From: Leucoraja erinacea
Lineage: Eukaryota
NCBI RefSeq assembly: GCF_028641065.1
Contig: NC_073403.1
Span: 23,374,001-23,438,000, forward strand
Direction of reading: 5' to 3'
DNA length: 64,000 nucleotides
Of the stretch, positions 23,873 to 37,817 are shown piece after piece (positions within the stretch are counted from its first letter, which is position 1; each line of letters opens with the position of its first letter). The notes under the pieces were generated by a model. The model was not told the origin of the DNA and made no database searches. It saw only the letters and a list, made by a program, of their open reading frames with translations. Position numbers and translations under genes: made by a program.

Positions 23873-24098
23873 TGCCCCTGTCCCACTTAGGAAACCTGAA
23901 CGGAAACCTCTGGAGACTTTGCGCCCCACCCAAGGTTTCCGTGCGGTTCCCGGAGGTTGCAGCTGGTTGCCGGAGGTTGCAGGTAGTGGAAGCAGGTAGG
24001 GAGACTGCCAAAAACCTCCGGGAACCGCACGGAAACCTTGGGTGGGGCGCAAAATCTCCAGAGGTTTCCGTTCAGGTTTCCTAAGTGGGACAGGGGCA
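23873..24098. mobile_element. PIF/Harbinger-type MITE, family C (long palindrome)
   Basis: About 86-bp TIRs with one mismatch (tgcccctgtcccacttaggaaacc...) and TAA TSD. Confidence 0.9.
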
Positions 24099-24689
24099 TA
24101 ACTCTGACCGGAACTATGTTCAGTAGAGTTTAGAAGAACACTGGTGCATCTTCCAAAAGTTGAATGATCGACTCGTGCTCCTATCTTCATGTGGTTCAAC
24201 GTTTGTATGTATCATTACATGTTGGTGTGTTACATCTGATTATCTGCCATTGTGGGATAAAATAAATGAATCCACAATGTCTCCTCAGAGGAGTGTTTTC
24301 AGGATTTTGAGTACCTGGGCAGGTAAAACATACAGATTGAATTGAAAGGTGAAGGAAAATATCAGAAAAAGTGTGGTACCCTTTGTTCTTGAGTGGAAAC
24401 AAATGTCTGGAATCCTGGTGCAACTCCAAATCCCAGCTCATGTACAAATGGTGGCTCGGACTGAGTGTGCAGCTGTACTCTTATCCCTGCCTCAAACGTT
24501 GTGTCTTCTGTAAGAGAGAGAGAGGAAACAAGGAGAGCACTTAGTTAGAACTTACGACAATCTTACACCTGTTACACAAAAACGCTTCTCAGAGTAGTAT
24601 CCTGTGTGTAACCATTAGAGCTGTAAATTTCCCCTCTATCATCATGATGTGTTCCCAAAAATGTTCAATTCCCTTCACAGCTCCCCAGG

Positions 24690-24945
24690 AAATGTCAGAG
24701 GAGCAAAGTTTAAATGAGATGTGCAGGCTACGTTGTTTGCACTGAGGGTGTGGGATGCCTGGAACATGCTGCCACGGGTGGTGATGGGGAAGATACAATA
24801 AGAGGCTATTAGATAGACATATGAATACGCAGGGAATGGGGGGGGATAAGGATCATGTGCAGGCAGATGAGATTAGTTTATCTTGGCATCAAGTGCAGCC
24901 CAGACATTGTGGGCAGAAGGACCTGTTCCTCTTCTGTACCGTCCG
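24690..24945 (+). mobile_element. Old CR1 3' fragment
   Basis: Degenerate CR1 3' end (gagcaaagtttaaa...tgcctggaac...gggcagaaggacctgttcc). Confidence 0.6.
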
Positions 24946-25547
24946 ATATGTTCTAGTTGTAGAACCATCCAACACAGACACAGGCCCTTCTGCCCACCTC
25001 GTCCATGCTGGCTTTTTTGCCCATCTCCAATATTCTTCGAATATTGCACAGCTTATACCTGCGCATAGGATAATTTTGTGATTTGACTAAATAATGGCAA
25101 ATTATTTTTATGTTACAAAATTCAAGCCATGGCAATTGTAGTGAAACAGAATCTACCCACCAGCTCACGACATTCACATCATCATCAGTATTAACTAAAC
25201 CACATATTGAAGACACTTTAGGCCAGCTGAAGTATTGGTTACCTGAAACATTACCTTTGTTTATCACTCCAAAGAGACTGTCTAACCTATAAAGAGTTTC
25301 CAAAAGTTACTGCATGTAATTCAAATTTCCGCCATTAATAGTATTGTTGCAATATTTTGATTATAAGAGTAGGCTGAGGGTAGTGACTGCAACAATTGCA
25401 CCAGCTCCTGATTCCCAGAAGCTTATCCATCACCATCACCATCACCATCATTAGATTATGAGTGTGATGCACTATTCTCCAATGACGACTCCAATAATAT
25501 ATTAGAAACTCTCTCATCCTCCAGGATAAAGCATTTCTAATGACTGG

Positions 25548-25845
25548 CTGCACAGTGTCATAGCAGTCTTACAGCACCAGAGACCCGGGTTTGATTCTGA
25601 CCTTGGGTGCTGTCTGTACAGAGTTTGTACATTCTCCCTGTGACCGCATGGGTTTTTTTTTCCCGGATATTTTGGTTTCCTCCCACTCTCCAAAAACCAA
25701 CAGGTTCGTATGTTCATTGGCTTTTGCAAAATTGTAAATTGTCCCTTAGTGTGTAGGATAGTGCCATAGTATGGGGTGATCACTGGTCAGCACGGATTCG
25801 GTGGGACGAAGGGCCTGTTTCCACATTGTACCTCTGCAAGTCTAA
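25548..25845 (+). mobile_element. HE1-type SINE
   Basis: Similarity to the other copies. Confidence 0.8.
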
Positions 25846-26339
25846 AAAGTAAAGGTGCTGACCCCAATAATTTTTGAGAAACTCTACACCCTCCAGGACA
25901 AAGCACTCTACTAGGTCAGCATCCCAAGCACCTTATTAATCATTTATTCTCATCATTCTTTCACACCATGGCTGCAGAGTGTCTGAGCCACAGTAAAGAC
26001 TGTGACCACTGCAAGTACTGCCTTATTTGGCAGTACCTCCTAAAGCCTATTTCTCTGCTAGTCTGAAGGACAAGGCAAGCATGGTCTAGGGAACACAAGC
26101 CCTTGATCACGGAGCTGAAATGGCGATTCATTCTCTTTCCACAAAAGCTGCCCAAATTGCTGAGTTTTTCCAGCATTTTCTATTTTTTTGTACCGCCATC
26201 ATCTCGCAGGTTACACGCCATGGTGGTCAGAAATATATTGTCTCCATTATTGTTGAAGCTTGGAACACCCTGCTCAATAGCTGTGAGGAAGGAACCATGT
26301 TCCAAGTACTATAACGATTTACGGGGATTCCCTACACCA

Positions 26340-28003
26340 TAGGACATAGATAGGACAGCATAAGGGCAGGCCCTTCAGCCCAAAATGTCCATGCCGAACA
26401 CGATGCCATGTTAAACTGATCTCCTCTGCTTGCATGAGATCCTTATCTCTCCTTACCCAGCACATCTGTGTGCCAATTTAAACGTCACTATCTCATCTGG
26501 CTTCATCACCACATCTGGCAACGTGTTTAAGGCACCCACCATTCTGTAAAATAATTGTCCTGTACATCTCCTTTAAATGTTGTCCCCCTCAGCTTAAAGC
26601 TATGTCCTTAGTCTTTCACATTTCCATCCTGGACTGTCTGTCCCATCTATGCCTCTCATAATCTTGTATACTTCTTTCAGGTCTCTCCTCAAGCTCCTAC
26701 ATTCCAGAGAAAACAATTCAGGTTTCTCAAAGATTGGTAGAGATGGCTTTATGACCATCCCGCCATCCCGTGTATTAACCTCGTGAACCTTAGCTGCACT
26801 CCCTCAATAGCAAGAGTGTCCCTACTCAAATTTGGGAACCAAAACTGCACACATTACTCCAGATGTGGTCCAACTACGGCCTGTACAACTGCAGAAGGAC
26901 TTCTTTGCTCCTATACTCAACTCCTCTTGTTATGAAGGCCAACATGTCATTCATTTTCTTCACTGCCTACTGTACCTGCATGTTTACTTTCATAGACTGA
27001 TGAACAAGGACCCCCAGATCCCGTTGTACTTCCCCTTTCCCCAACTTGACACCATTCAGATAATAATCTGCCTTCTGTTTTTGATACCTCACATTTATCC
27101 ACATTAAACTTAATCTGCAATGCATCTGCCCACTCACCCAACCTGTCCAAGTCACCCTGCATTCTCATAGCATCCTCCTCACAGATCACACTGCCACCCA
27201 GCTCTGTGTCATCTGCAAATTCACTAATGTTACTTTTGAATCCCCTCATCTAAATCATCGATGTATATTGTAAATAGTTGCGGTCCCAGCACCGAGCCTT
27301 GCGGTACCCCACTAGTCACTGCCTGCCATTCTGAAAGGGACCCGTTAATCCCTACTCTTTGTTTCCTGTCTGCCAACCAATTTCCTATCCACGTCAGTAC
27401 TTTACCCCCAATACCATGTGCTCTAATTTTGCCCACTAATCTCCTATGTGGGAACTTATCAAATGCTTTCTGAAAGTCCAGGTACCCTACATCCTTGTCC
27501 ATTTCCCTAGTTACATCCTCAAAATATCCGCTTCATAAATCCAGGTTGACTCAAACCAATCCTGTTACTGCTATCCAAATGTGCAGCTATTTCATCTTTT
27601 ATAATTGACTTCCCCACCACCGATGTCTGGTTAACTGGTCTATAAATATCTGTTTTCTCTCTCGCCTTTCTTAAAAAGTGGGATAACATTAGCTACCCTC
27701 CAATCCACAGGAACTGATCCTAAATATAGAACATTGGAAAATGATCACCAATGCATCCACGATTTCTATAGCCACTTCCTTAAGAACTCTGGAATTCAGA
27801 CCATCAGGCCCTGGGGATTTATCAGCCTTCAGTCCCATCAGTCTACCCAACACCATATTCTGCCTAATGTGAATTTCCTTCAGTCCCTGTGTCACCCTAT
27901 GGTCACTAATACATCAGAGAGATTGTTTGTGTATTCCTTAGTGAAGACGGATCCAAAGTACCTGTTCAACTCATCTGCCATTTCCTTGTTCCCCCATAAT
28001 AAA
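26340..28003 (-). mobile_element. Degenerate CR1/HER1 LINE fragments (RT region about 26760-28003; older 3' piece about 26340-26730)
   Basis: Broken minus ORFs [37 protein letters not shown]. Confidence 0.85.
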
Positions 28004-30020
28004 TTATAATAAGAAAGAGGGCATTGTTTTACACAAAGAATCTTTCAGTTGCTGCTCTGTTTAGTATTAAAGTCCGTAACTGCAAATCGCTGCTGAGGTC
28101 TGAGGAAGTCACTTCACAGTATGTTCTGTCCACTGTAACGAGGGTCAGCAGTGAACCTCCCCAGGGGCTGACGTGTGGATGCACGCGTGGATGCAGGGCA
28201 ACAAATAATAATCTCCAACAATGGGTAGCACCCTTGAGGAAAGCGTCTGCTGCACGCTCCATGTTAATTAGATGTACTGAATTACAGAGCTCCCATAATA
28301 ATACAAAATGGTTCTCTGCAGCTTTTAATTAGCTGGTCTAAATATTTAATTTGGTATTTTGTATTCTCTCCACAGGGCAAAGTGGTAACAAGACTTGAGC
28401 AGAGCTACGCTCTATTTATTCAGTGTGCACTTGCATCATTTTCAACTGCTTCACTGATACAGGGAATTATGCAGCCGTCTCCAATCAACCAGGGACCCCA
28501 TGCATGTCTTGAATTCATTCTTCCCCATCTGTTCCGTTCACTCAGTGTCCTTTCCTGGGGACGTTGAGATGGCAGCATCATTGGTTATGTTTGTTTAAAC
28601 AGAGACATTTTTAAAGTGCAATGGGCTAGAAAATTATTTGCACACAAAGTTGAGGGATTCAGTCAGAAATCGGATGAAGACTTTCTGCATCGTTCTTGCA
28701 GGTTCGTGCTGGGTTCCCCCTGTGCACGATACACATGCACCTGTCACTGCCCATCTGTGGGATCAGACTGAAAGGCAAATTGAATGCAGCATCTGCCACG
28801 ATACAAACTTGGCTGGATTTAAAAACAAGAAAATGTCCAGGAAGTCCTTACATTCTGAGGTTTGAAATGGCACTATCACAATGGTAGGGAAAGCAAGGAT
28901 GTCTACTGCTGGAGTTGGGTATGAGGGACATGGGAAGGGGACAGAAAGGGTCATCTGCATCTTGTCAAACACATTTCATTGTACCGTTGACCCTGTGTTA
29001 ACATACATATGACAAATAAAACTGAACTGAACTATATCTGCCTTAAAAATATCCACTGACTTGGCCTCCACAGCCTTGCCTTCGGTGGCAAAGAATTCTA
29101 CAGATTCACCACCCTCTGACTAAAGAAATTTCTCCTCATCGTCCTAGAAGAACATCCTTTAATTCTGTGGCTGTGACCTCTAGTCCTAGACTCTCCCACT
29201 AGTGGAAACATCCTCTCCACATCCACTCTATCCAAGGTTTAAGGTGAGGGGGGAATGCCACTGAGTTACTCCAGTACTTTGCATCTTTTTTTTGTAAACT
29301 AGTACCTGCAGTTCATTGTATCTTCTTTAAAAATACTGATGTGTCGTCTCTTTAAAGAATAGCAGCACGTCACCAGATAGAGGAGCAGAGACACACCAGA
29401 AATGTGAATGAAAAATCTGGGTGGAGCTGAATATGATTTTCTAATAGATGTTCGTACCAGTAATTGAAGATGAATGTGAATTTAACGAATCATGAATTTA
29501 GACTTTACTTGTAGTTCCTCAAGCTGTTTAGTAGAGCCATAAGATGACTATGTGATTTTATGTTTGTGGAATGATACTTGTGATATTTGTCCCCATATTT
29601 GTGCAGCACATGAAACCCTAGATAGCTCTGATCAAATTGCATAACTGCCCTTGCCAGCAGCTCTCAGAAGGGCTTTGGGCCAATGAAGAGACCACATATG
29701 GGTAAATTAATTTGAGGATCATTATTCCAAAAGCTACACAGGGACGTAAAATTAAAATGAATACTTAGACTGAGAGCTGTAGTTGGAGTAAGAAGTTGGT
29801 CTGAGAATAATGCTGAACCGATCTATTTATTCGCATGAAATACATCGTTAACATGTCCACTGGTCACACTGGAAATTGCCCAAAAACCTCTAAATGGAGT
29901 TGGTAAACACTACAAATATTTCTTTGTGCCACACTTGTGTTCTGCCAACAGAATACTTGGTAAATATTGAATATTATTTCTAAAATTATATTGTGTATAC
30001 AGTTAAAGGTAAAGACTTAA

Positions 30021-30480
30021 AGGGCGGCATGGTGGTGCATCGGTAGAAATACTGCCTCACAGCGTCAGAGACCCAGGTTCGATCCTGATTACGCGTGCTT
30101 GTCTGTACTGAGTTTGCACGTTCTCCCCGTGACCGGTGTGCGTTTCTCCCAGATCTTCGGTTTCCTCCCACACTCCAAAGATGTACAGGTTCGTAGGTTA
30201 ATTGGCTTGGTATAAATGTAAAATTGTCCCTAGAGTGTGTCGGGTAGTGTAATGCCCCTGTCCCACTTAGGACACCTGAACCCGGAGGTTTTTGTCAGTC
30301 TCCCTACCTGCTTCCACTACCTGCAACCTCCGGAAACCACCTGCAACCTCCGGGAACCGCACGGAAACCTTAGGTGGGGCGCAAAGTCTCCAGAGGTTTC
30401 CGATCAGGTTTCCTAAGTGGGACAGGGGCATAAGCGTGCAGGGATCGCTGGTCGTTGCGGACTCGGTGAGCTAAACTAAA
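30021..30480 (+). mobile_element. HE1-type SINE containing a family C MITE
   Basis: SINE consensus is split at a TAA. Confidence 0.8.
30253..30430. mobile_element. PIF/Harbinger-type MITE, family C, internally deleted
   Basis: Same TIRs as 23873-24098, TAA TSD. Confidence 0.85.
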
Positions 30481-32007
30481 CCTTTCAAAGGAAATTAATT
30501 GCTGCTACTGTGGTGAGATTCTTTTGTATTTTGAAGGCTTGGGTTAAATAACTGATTCAGGAGAAAGATGGACATCCATTTTCAGATCAGGTCAGATTAT
30601 TTATTGTCTTCTACACCAGGTTGCAACATTACCACTTCACATGCTGCCCGCTGAGCTAACAATATACATCAGCAATGATTAATACAAAATAAATACAACA
30701 AAACCAGTGTAAAAAGCAGGGTGATGCAACCACAATGGGAAAGTTGCATTTTGCAACATACCCATAATTAACTTTGCAATTGTGCAAAATAAACACTTTT
30801 CATGACAGCAAAATATCGCAAAACAATATGTGAAGAATAACTTGCTAACTATCTTGATCATAATCCCCATATGAGTTAGGATGATCTGGTGGTGACGTGT
30901 GAGCTGCATAACATTGAAACAACCTTATCTTTATAATTAGAAGAGAAATATTGTGTTACTGGGACATCAAAGTCTCTCCTCAGTGACACGTTGTCAAAAC
31001 ATTTGCTTCTGACCATTCATGCCCGACATTACGAGAGTTTCAGGATTAATCTTTGTGAATGACACCTTCTTGTCCCGAAGCAAATGTTAACGAAGAGCAC
31101 ACAATGCTCTGTTGTCAGCGTGATATAACACGCTGCATTCCCTCCAGTTGCTGCTGCAAATGAAAGCTTTAATAATTTATCCCTTTTCAGAGGGATAAAT
31201 TATTTCCCTTGTTAGCTCCGCGGGCATCGTGTGAACTAGTAATGTTTAAGCACCAGAATAATATTAAGTAAGATTCACATTACAGTCAGCTTAGAATAGC
31301 TCTCCCATTGTGAAACTTTCTTCGGTGACTATTAAAATTGTTGCATATATTTAATAGAGAAAGTCGAAGTGCTGGTGTAACTCAGCAGTTCATAGAGTCA
31401 TAGAGTCTTACAGTGGGGAAACAGGCCCTTCGTCCCAACTTGCCCACACTGGCCAACATGTCCCATCTACACTGGTCCCACAGAGGTCAGGCAGCGTCTG
31501 TGGAGGGAATGGACAGGCGACGTTTTTGGTCGGGACCTTTCTTAAGATTCACTGTAGTAGGGGGGAGAAAGCTGGAAAAGAGTTTGTGTGCAGGAGAAAG
31601 GCTGGCAAGTGATAGGTGGGTGCAGGCAAAGGGCAGTTGGCAGATGAGTGAACTATGTGATAGTGGTTGGAAATCCTTTTGTTTCTCCTTTTCAATAAAA
31701 AGGGCATCGGATAAGGAGAGAAGTAAAATGTACAGCCATGGCAAGAGATATAGGTGGAAGGGGACAGGTGGAGGGGAGAGCAAAAGGGACCTGATAGTTG
31801 GAGATAAGGTGTGGTTTGGGGGGTGGAGACACATAGGAGAGGGGGTGTCCACCCACTCTTCTCTTACCTAGTTTCCTCATCTCCACTACAATCTGAAGTA
31901 AGGTCCTGATTTGAAACATCGCCAATCCATTCCCTCCACAAGTGCTGCCTGATCAGATGAGTTACTCCAGCACTTTGTGTTTTGCTCACGATTCCAGCCA
32001 CTGCATT

Positions 32008-33782
32008 CATAGAAACATAGAAAATAGGTGCAGGAGTAGGCCATTCGGCCCTTCGAGCCTGCACCGCCATTCAATACGATCATGGCTGATCATCCAACTC
32101 AGTATCCTGTACCTGCCTTCTCCCCATACCCCCTGATCCCTTTGGCCACAAGGGCCATATCTAACTCCCTCTTAAATATATCCAATGAACTGGCCTCAAC
32201 TACCTTCTGTGGCAGAGAATTCCACAGATTCACCACTCTCTGTGTGAAAAATGTTTTTATCATCTCGATCCTAAAAGACTTCCCCCTTATCCTTAAACTG
32301 TGACCCCTTGTTCCGGACTTCCCCAACATCGGGAACAATCTTCTTGCATCTAGCCTGTCCAACCCCTTAAGAATTTTTGTAAGTTTCAAAAAGATCCCCC
32401 CTCAATCTTCTAAATTCTAGCGAGTACATGCCGAGTCTATCCAGTCTTTCTTCATATGAAAGTCCTGCCATCCCAGGAAACAGTCTGGTGAACCTTCTCC
32501 GTACTCCCTCTACGGCAAGAATGTCTTTCCTCAGATTACAAGACTAAAACTGTACACAATACTCCAGGTGTGGTCTCACCAAGGCCCTGTACAACTGCAG
32601 TAGAACCTCCCTGCTCCTATACTCAAATCCTTTTGCTATGAATGCTAACATACCATTCACTTTCTTCACTGCCTGCTGCACCTGCATGCCTACTTTCAAT
32701 GACTGGTGTACCATGACACCCAGGTCTTGTTGCATCTCCCCTTTTCCTAATCGGCCACCATTCAGATAATAGTCTACTTTCCTGTTTTTGCCACCAAAGT
32801 GGATAACCTCACATTTATCCACATTATATTGCATCTGCCATGCATTTGCCCACACACCCAGCCTATCCAAGTCACCTTGCAGCCTCCTAGCATCCTCCTC
32901 ACAGCTAACACTGCCTCCCAGCTTCATGTCATCTGCAAACTTAGAGATGTTGCATTCAATTCCCTCGTCCAAATCATTAATATATATTGTAAATAGCTGG
33001 GATCCCAGCACTGAGCCTTGCGGTACCCCACTAGTCACTGCCTGCCATTCTGAAAAGGACCTGTTTACTCCTACTCTTTGCTGCCTGTCTGCCAGCCAGT
33101 TCTCTATCCACATCAATACCGAACCCCCAATACCGTGTGCTTTAAGTTTGCATATTAATCTCTTATGTGGGACCTTGTCAAAAGCCTTCTGAAAGTCCAG
33201 ATATAACACATCCACTGGTTCTCCCCTATCTACTCTACGAGTTACATCCTCGAAAAATTCTATAAGATTCGTCAGACATGATTTACCTTTCATAAATCCA
33301 TGCTGACTTTGTCCAATGAATTCACCACTTTCCAAATGTGCTGCTATCCAACCTTTAATAACTGACTCTCGCATTTTCCCCACTACCGATGTTAGACTAA
33401 CTGGTCTGTAAATCCCCGTTTTCTCTCTCCCTCCCTTTTTAAAAATTGGGGATACATTAGCTACCCTCCAATCTTCAGGAACTACTCCAGAATCTAAAGA
33501 GTTTTGAAAAATTATCACTAATGCATCCACTATTTCTGGGGCTACTTCCTTAGGTACTCTGGGATGCAGCCTATCTGGCCCTGGGGATTTATCGGCCTAT
33601 AATCCATTCAATTTACCTAACACCACTTCCCGACTAACCTGGATTTCACTCAGTCCCTCCATCTCATTTGACCCCCGGTCCCCTGCTATTTCCGGCAGAT
33701 TATTTATGTCTTCGTTAGTGAAGACAGAACCAAAGTAGTTATTCAATTGGTCTGCCATGTCCTTGTTCCCCATGATCAATTC
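32008..33782 (-). mobile_element. CR1/HER1 LINE, 5'-truncated 1.8 kb, RT domain
   Basis: ORF 32544..33530 [45 protein letters not shown]. Premature stops at 32544 and 33597. (tttctatg) tail at 32008-32024. Confidence 0.95.
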
Positions 33783-34240
33783 CCTTCCATCTATGTCTGT
33801 TTATTACTTTTGATTCCTCTAATTTCAAGTAACCATTGTATTCTCTCTCTCTCTCCCCCCATCACCGCCCTAGTCATCCTGCCAGTTTCACTGTTCGTAT
33901 CCCTTCGTCATCACCTCCTCCACAACCAACAATGGACCATTGTGAGCTCCTTGACTATCGGTGCTGGTTCTGATTTGTTCTGTACCTTTTCATACCTCTA
34001 GTTTCCCTCTCCCCTGATTTTCTCTCTGGAGAATTGTCTCGACCCAAAAGGTCATCTATTCCTTTTCTTCAGAGATGCTGCATGTCCCAATGAGTTGTTC
34101 CAGCATTTTGTGTTTATCTTCAGTGTAAACCAGCATCTGCAGTTCCTTGGTAGACAAAAGTGCTGGAGAAACTCAGCGGGTGAGGCAGCATCTATGGAGC
34201 GAAGGAAATGGGCAACGTTTCGGGCAGAAACCCTTCTTCA

Positions 34241-35150
34241 CTGCACCTCCATTGACCCCTCTGTCAAGCTTCTCAAGTTTACGTATGACACAGTCCTGAT
34301 TGGACGGATCCAGGATGGGGAGGAATCTGCCTACAGACAGGAAGTGACACAGCTGGCATCCTGGTGCCATCGCAATAACCTGGAGCGCAATGCTCTTAAG
34401 ACTGTGGAATTGATTGTAGACTTTAGGAGAGCTCCCCCTCCCCTCACCCCACTCACCATCAACAACACCAGTCACATTTGTGGAGTCTTTTAAGTTCCTG
34501 GGAACCATCATCTCCAAGGACCTTAAATGGGGGGCCAACATCGACTCCACAGTCAAAAAGGCACAACAGTGGATTTACTTCCTGCGACTGCTGAAGAAGC
34601 ACAATCTACAATGATGGTCCAGTACTATATGGCCATCGTAGAGACTGTCCTCACCTTCTCCATCATGGTCTGGTGTGGCTCAGCCACCAAGCAAGACATC
34701 CGGAGTCTGCAGCGAATTGTCCGATCAGCGGAGAAGGTTATTGGCTGCAAGCTTCTCCCCTTGTACACTGCAGGGGCCAGGAAGCGAGCGGGTAAGATAA
34801 TCTCTGACCCCGCTCACCCTAGCCACAAACGCTTTGAATCCCTTCCCTCTGGAAGGCGACTCCGGACTGTCAAAGCTGCCACAGTCTGACATAAAAACTG
34901 CTTTTTTCCACGAGTAGTAGCTCTACTCAATAACCAAAAATATGTAACCTCCTTTTGCGCTGGTATTTTATTTAATTCACATGTTTAATCAATAATGATT
35001 TATTATTAATGTTTAATGTTTTATGTGTCATTCCTAACTTTCACTGTATGTCATGTTGTCACTTGCGGGCGGAGCACCAAGGCAAATTCTTTGTATGTAA
35101 AAACTTGGTCATAAACCTATTCATTAATTAATTCATTCATTCATTAACAG
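34241..35150 (+). mobile_element. Rex1/L2-like LINE, frameshifted 3' portion
   Basis: VKLLKF.YDT..ESAYR.EV..KTVELIVDFRR..HPSH..LPSGRRLR followed by an (attc)n tail. Confidence 0.85.
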
Positions 35151-35261
35151 GCAGGTTGGATGAGCCTGATGGTTAATTTCCTCTCTGCTGTCATCCCAAA
35201 ACTTGTTGGCCCCCCAGCAGAGTGAGATGTCTGTCAGATAATGTCGCCGACTGGCCCATTC

Positions 35262-35907
35262 TGTAACGGGTATAGCTTGGACCCAATACCAGCACAGAAT
35301 CAGGCAGGTATAATTGGTAATGAACCTTATAACGATACTGTAACACAGAGTAGTAACACAAGAATGGGTACACCGTACTCACGCAGAGGCTCAGGATTGA
35401 GCGAGGGTTCCGAAGAGGGGCAGGCAGGAGACGTAGTCGGGGTAGCGGAAGATCCGGTAACCAGGAGATCCAACACACGATGCAAACAAACCAGCAAGGG
35501 ACAGACGAAAGGAGAGTCGAAGCCAGGCAGGAAGTCGAGGAGCCGTTGCAGGGAAACACCAAACAGCCCAGGAGAGAGGCAGACAGAAACCAGGAGGTCG
35601 GGGACAGAAGGCTGAGGTGCTATCCGGGAAGCCGACAGGACAGAATGGTCAGGGGCAGGCAGGTTCGAATCCGTGTAGGCAGTCGGGAAATCGCTGGAGT
35701 CTTGCATGAATGCTGAGAACAATCTGGCACTGTGTGAACGGTGAGGAGAGTCTATATACCGGGTTAATAGGTGATCAGAGGCAACTGAGTGCAACATGTT
35801 AGGAGAGTTAGGCTGATGAGAGGGGAGTGGCAGGTGAGAAGGAGGGACTGGTGGAAAAGTACTGGGAGGTGAAGTGGATGAGAATGAGGAGAGGGCAGAC
35901 TGTGACA
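35262..35907 (-). mobile_element. Solo LTR (646 bp, Gypsy/BEL-type)
   Basis: TG...CA ends (tgtaac/gtgaca), 5-bp TSD cattc on both sides, TATA-like motif on the minus strand near 35755. Confidence 0.85.
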
Positions 35908-36200
35908 CATTCCTTACATTGGACTTTAGAGATACAGTGTGGAAAAAGGCCCTTTGGACCACTGAGTCCTCACCGACCAGCGATTATCCCCTACACTAGC
36001 ACTATCCTACACACTGGGGCCATTTTGTTATAATTTTACAAAAGCCAATTAACCTGCAAACATGTCTTCTCAATGAGTCCTTTTACATCTGCCCATTGTC
36101 GGTTTAATCACCTTGTAGGAGAACACCTCCCACAGTACAGCTCTCCCATTGCAACTCTGAGTGCTGGCAGTCTGGATAATGTGCTATTTAGGAAAAGTGC

Positions 36201-36495
36201 TTAGAGATACAGTGTAGAAACAGGCCCTTCTGCTCACTGAATCCACGCCGACCAGCGATCAGCCCATACGCTGCACTATCCTAAACACTAGGGACAATTT
36301 ACAATTTTACCAAAGCCAATTAACCTGAAAACCTGCACATCACTGGAATGTGGTAGAAAACCAGAGCACTGGAGAAAACCTACGCGGTCATGGGGAGAAC
36401 ATAAATCTCCGTACAGAGAGCACGCGTAGTCAGGATTGAACCTGGGCCTCTGCTGCTGTAAGGCAGCAACTCTACCGCTGCGCCACCATACCACC
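36201..36495 (-). mobile_element. HE1-type SINE
   Basis: Reverse complement of the consensus. Confidence 0.8.
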
Positions 36496-37511
36496 ATACC
36501 ACAGAGTAGGGTCCTCCTATTTACTGCAGGACAGCGAAGGGGGGCAGAGTTTGGTGGGGACACACATCAAACAAGGGAAGGAACATCACCCCAGAGAGCC
36601 ACATGAGAAGCAAGGGTGCTCAGTTTAAGGATATTTGTGAACACTACCGAATATTTATTATTTTTGTATTATTTATGGATATTTACAAATTTATTGTTAC
36701 ATATGTAATTAAGCGATTACATAGTGAAATTAATTTTGCATATAATGCCGGTGCTGCTATGTTTGGCGCCATAATGATATGTACAAATACTGAGATGTAT
36801 CAAGAGTTTTTGCACAGATCTTTTTTTTCAATATATATTATTTATTCTGAATAAAGTTCAATTCTGGAAAGAATAAAAAAAACATCCATATGCTTGTAAA
36901 CATCTTGAACTTTTTAAATGTGCGGCAATTTGTTTGTTATCTTTAAATTTTGGAAAAGCATTGATTTTAATTATTTAGAGGAGGAAAAACATTGACAAAC
37001 TGAAGAATGTTTGCCTATGTTCTAGTTTGGTGATGGTTTCCATAATCCACTCAGAGTATCTCAAGTTCAAATTTATAGTCACATGCACCAATTAAGGTAC
37101 AGTGATATTTGAGTTCCCATACAGCCATACAAGTAAAAAGAACCCCGAGTCTCTTGCCCAGAGTAGGTGAATCAAGGACCATAGGACATAGGTTTAAGGT
37201 GAAGGGGAGAAGATTTAATAGGAATCTGAGGGGTAATATTTTCACACAAAGGGTGGTGGGTGTATGGAACAAGCTGCCAGAGGAGGTAGTTGAGCCAGGG
37301 ACTATGGCGACATTTAAGAAACAGTTAGACAGGGGCATGGATACGATGGGTTTGGAGGGATCTGGGGAGGGAATGGACAGGCCATGTTTTGGATTGGCCC
37401 AAAACGTCACCTGTCCATTTTACTCCACAGATGCTGCCTGACCAGCTGTGATCTCCAGCACTGGTTTTGCTCACAATTCCAGCAAATGCAGTTCCTTGCG
37501 CCTCCATCTAA

Positions 37512-37817
37512 AGGGCCCGTCCCACTATACGAGTTTACCCAAGACCTCTCCCGAGTTTAAAAAAAAATCAAACTTGTGGTAAGTAAGTAGAATGTATGTA
37601 GCGGGTACGTCAGAGCTCGGGACGTCTCATAGTGGCTTGTAACACTAACGGCAGGTACTCGGGAAACGCGGTAAGCTCGTGAAGTTTTTTCAACATGTTG
37701 AAAAATGTCCACGAGAGCCCCGAGTACCTACGAGCGGCTATTACCGTAATTCTCCGAGTTCTCCGAGGGGAAACTCGGGAGAGCACTTGAATTACCTCGT
37801 ACAATGGGACAGGACCT
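37512..37817. mobile_element. PIF/Harbinger-type MITE, family B
   Basis: TIR agggcccgtcccac/atgggacaggacct, flanked by TAA and TTA. Confidence 0.75.

Noticed and set aside
28780-28830. Minus-strand 'KFVSWQ' resembling ASIC 'TFVSCQ'
   Set aside because: No GFGVAPGF motif, no splice donor, and the flanking residues do not match.
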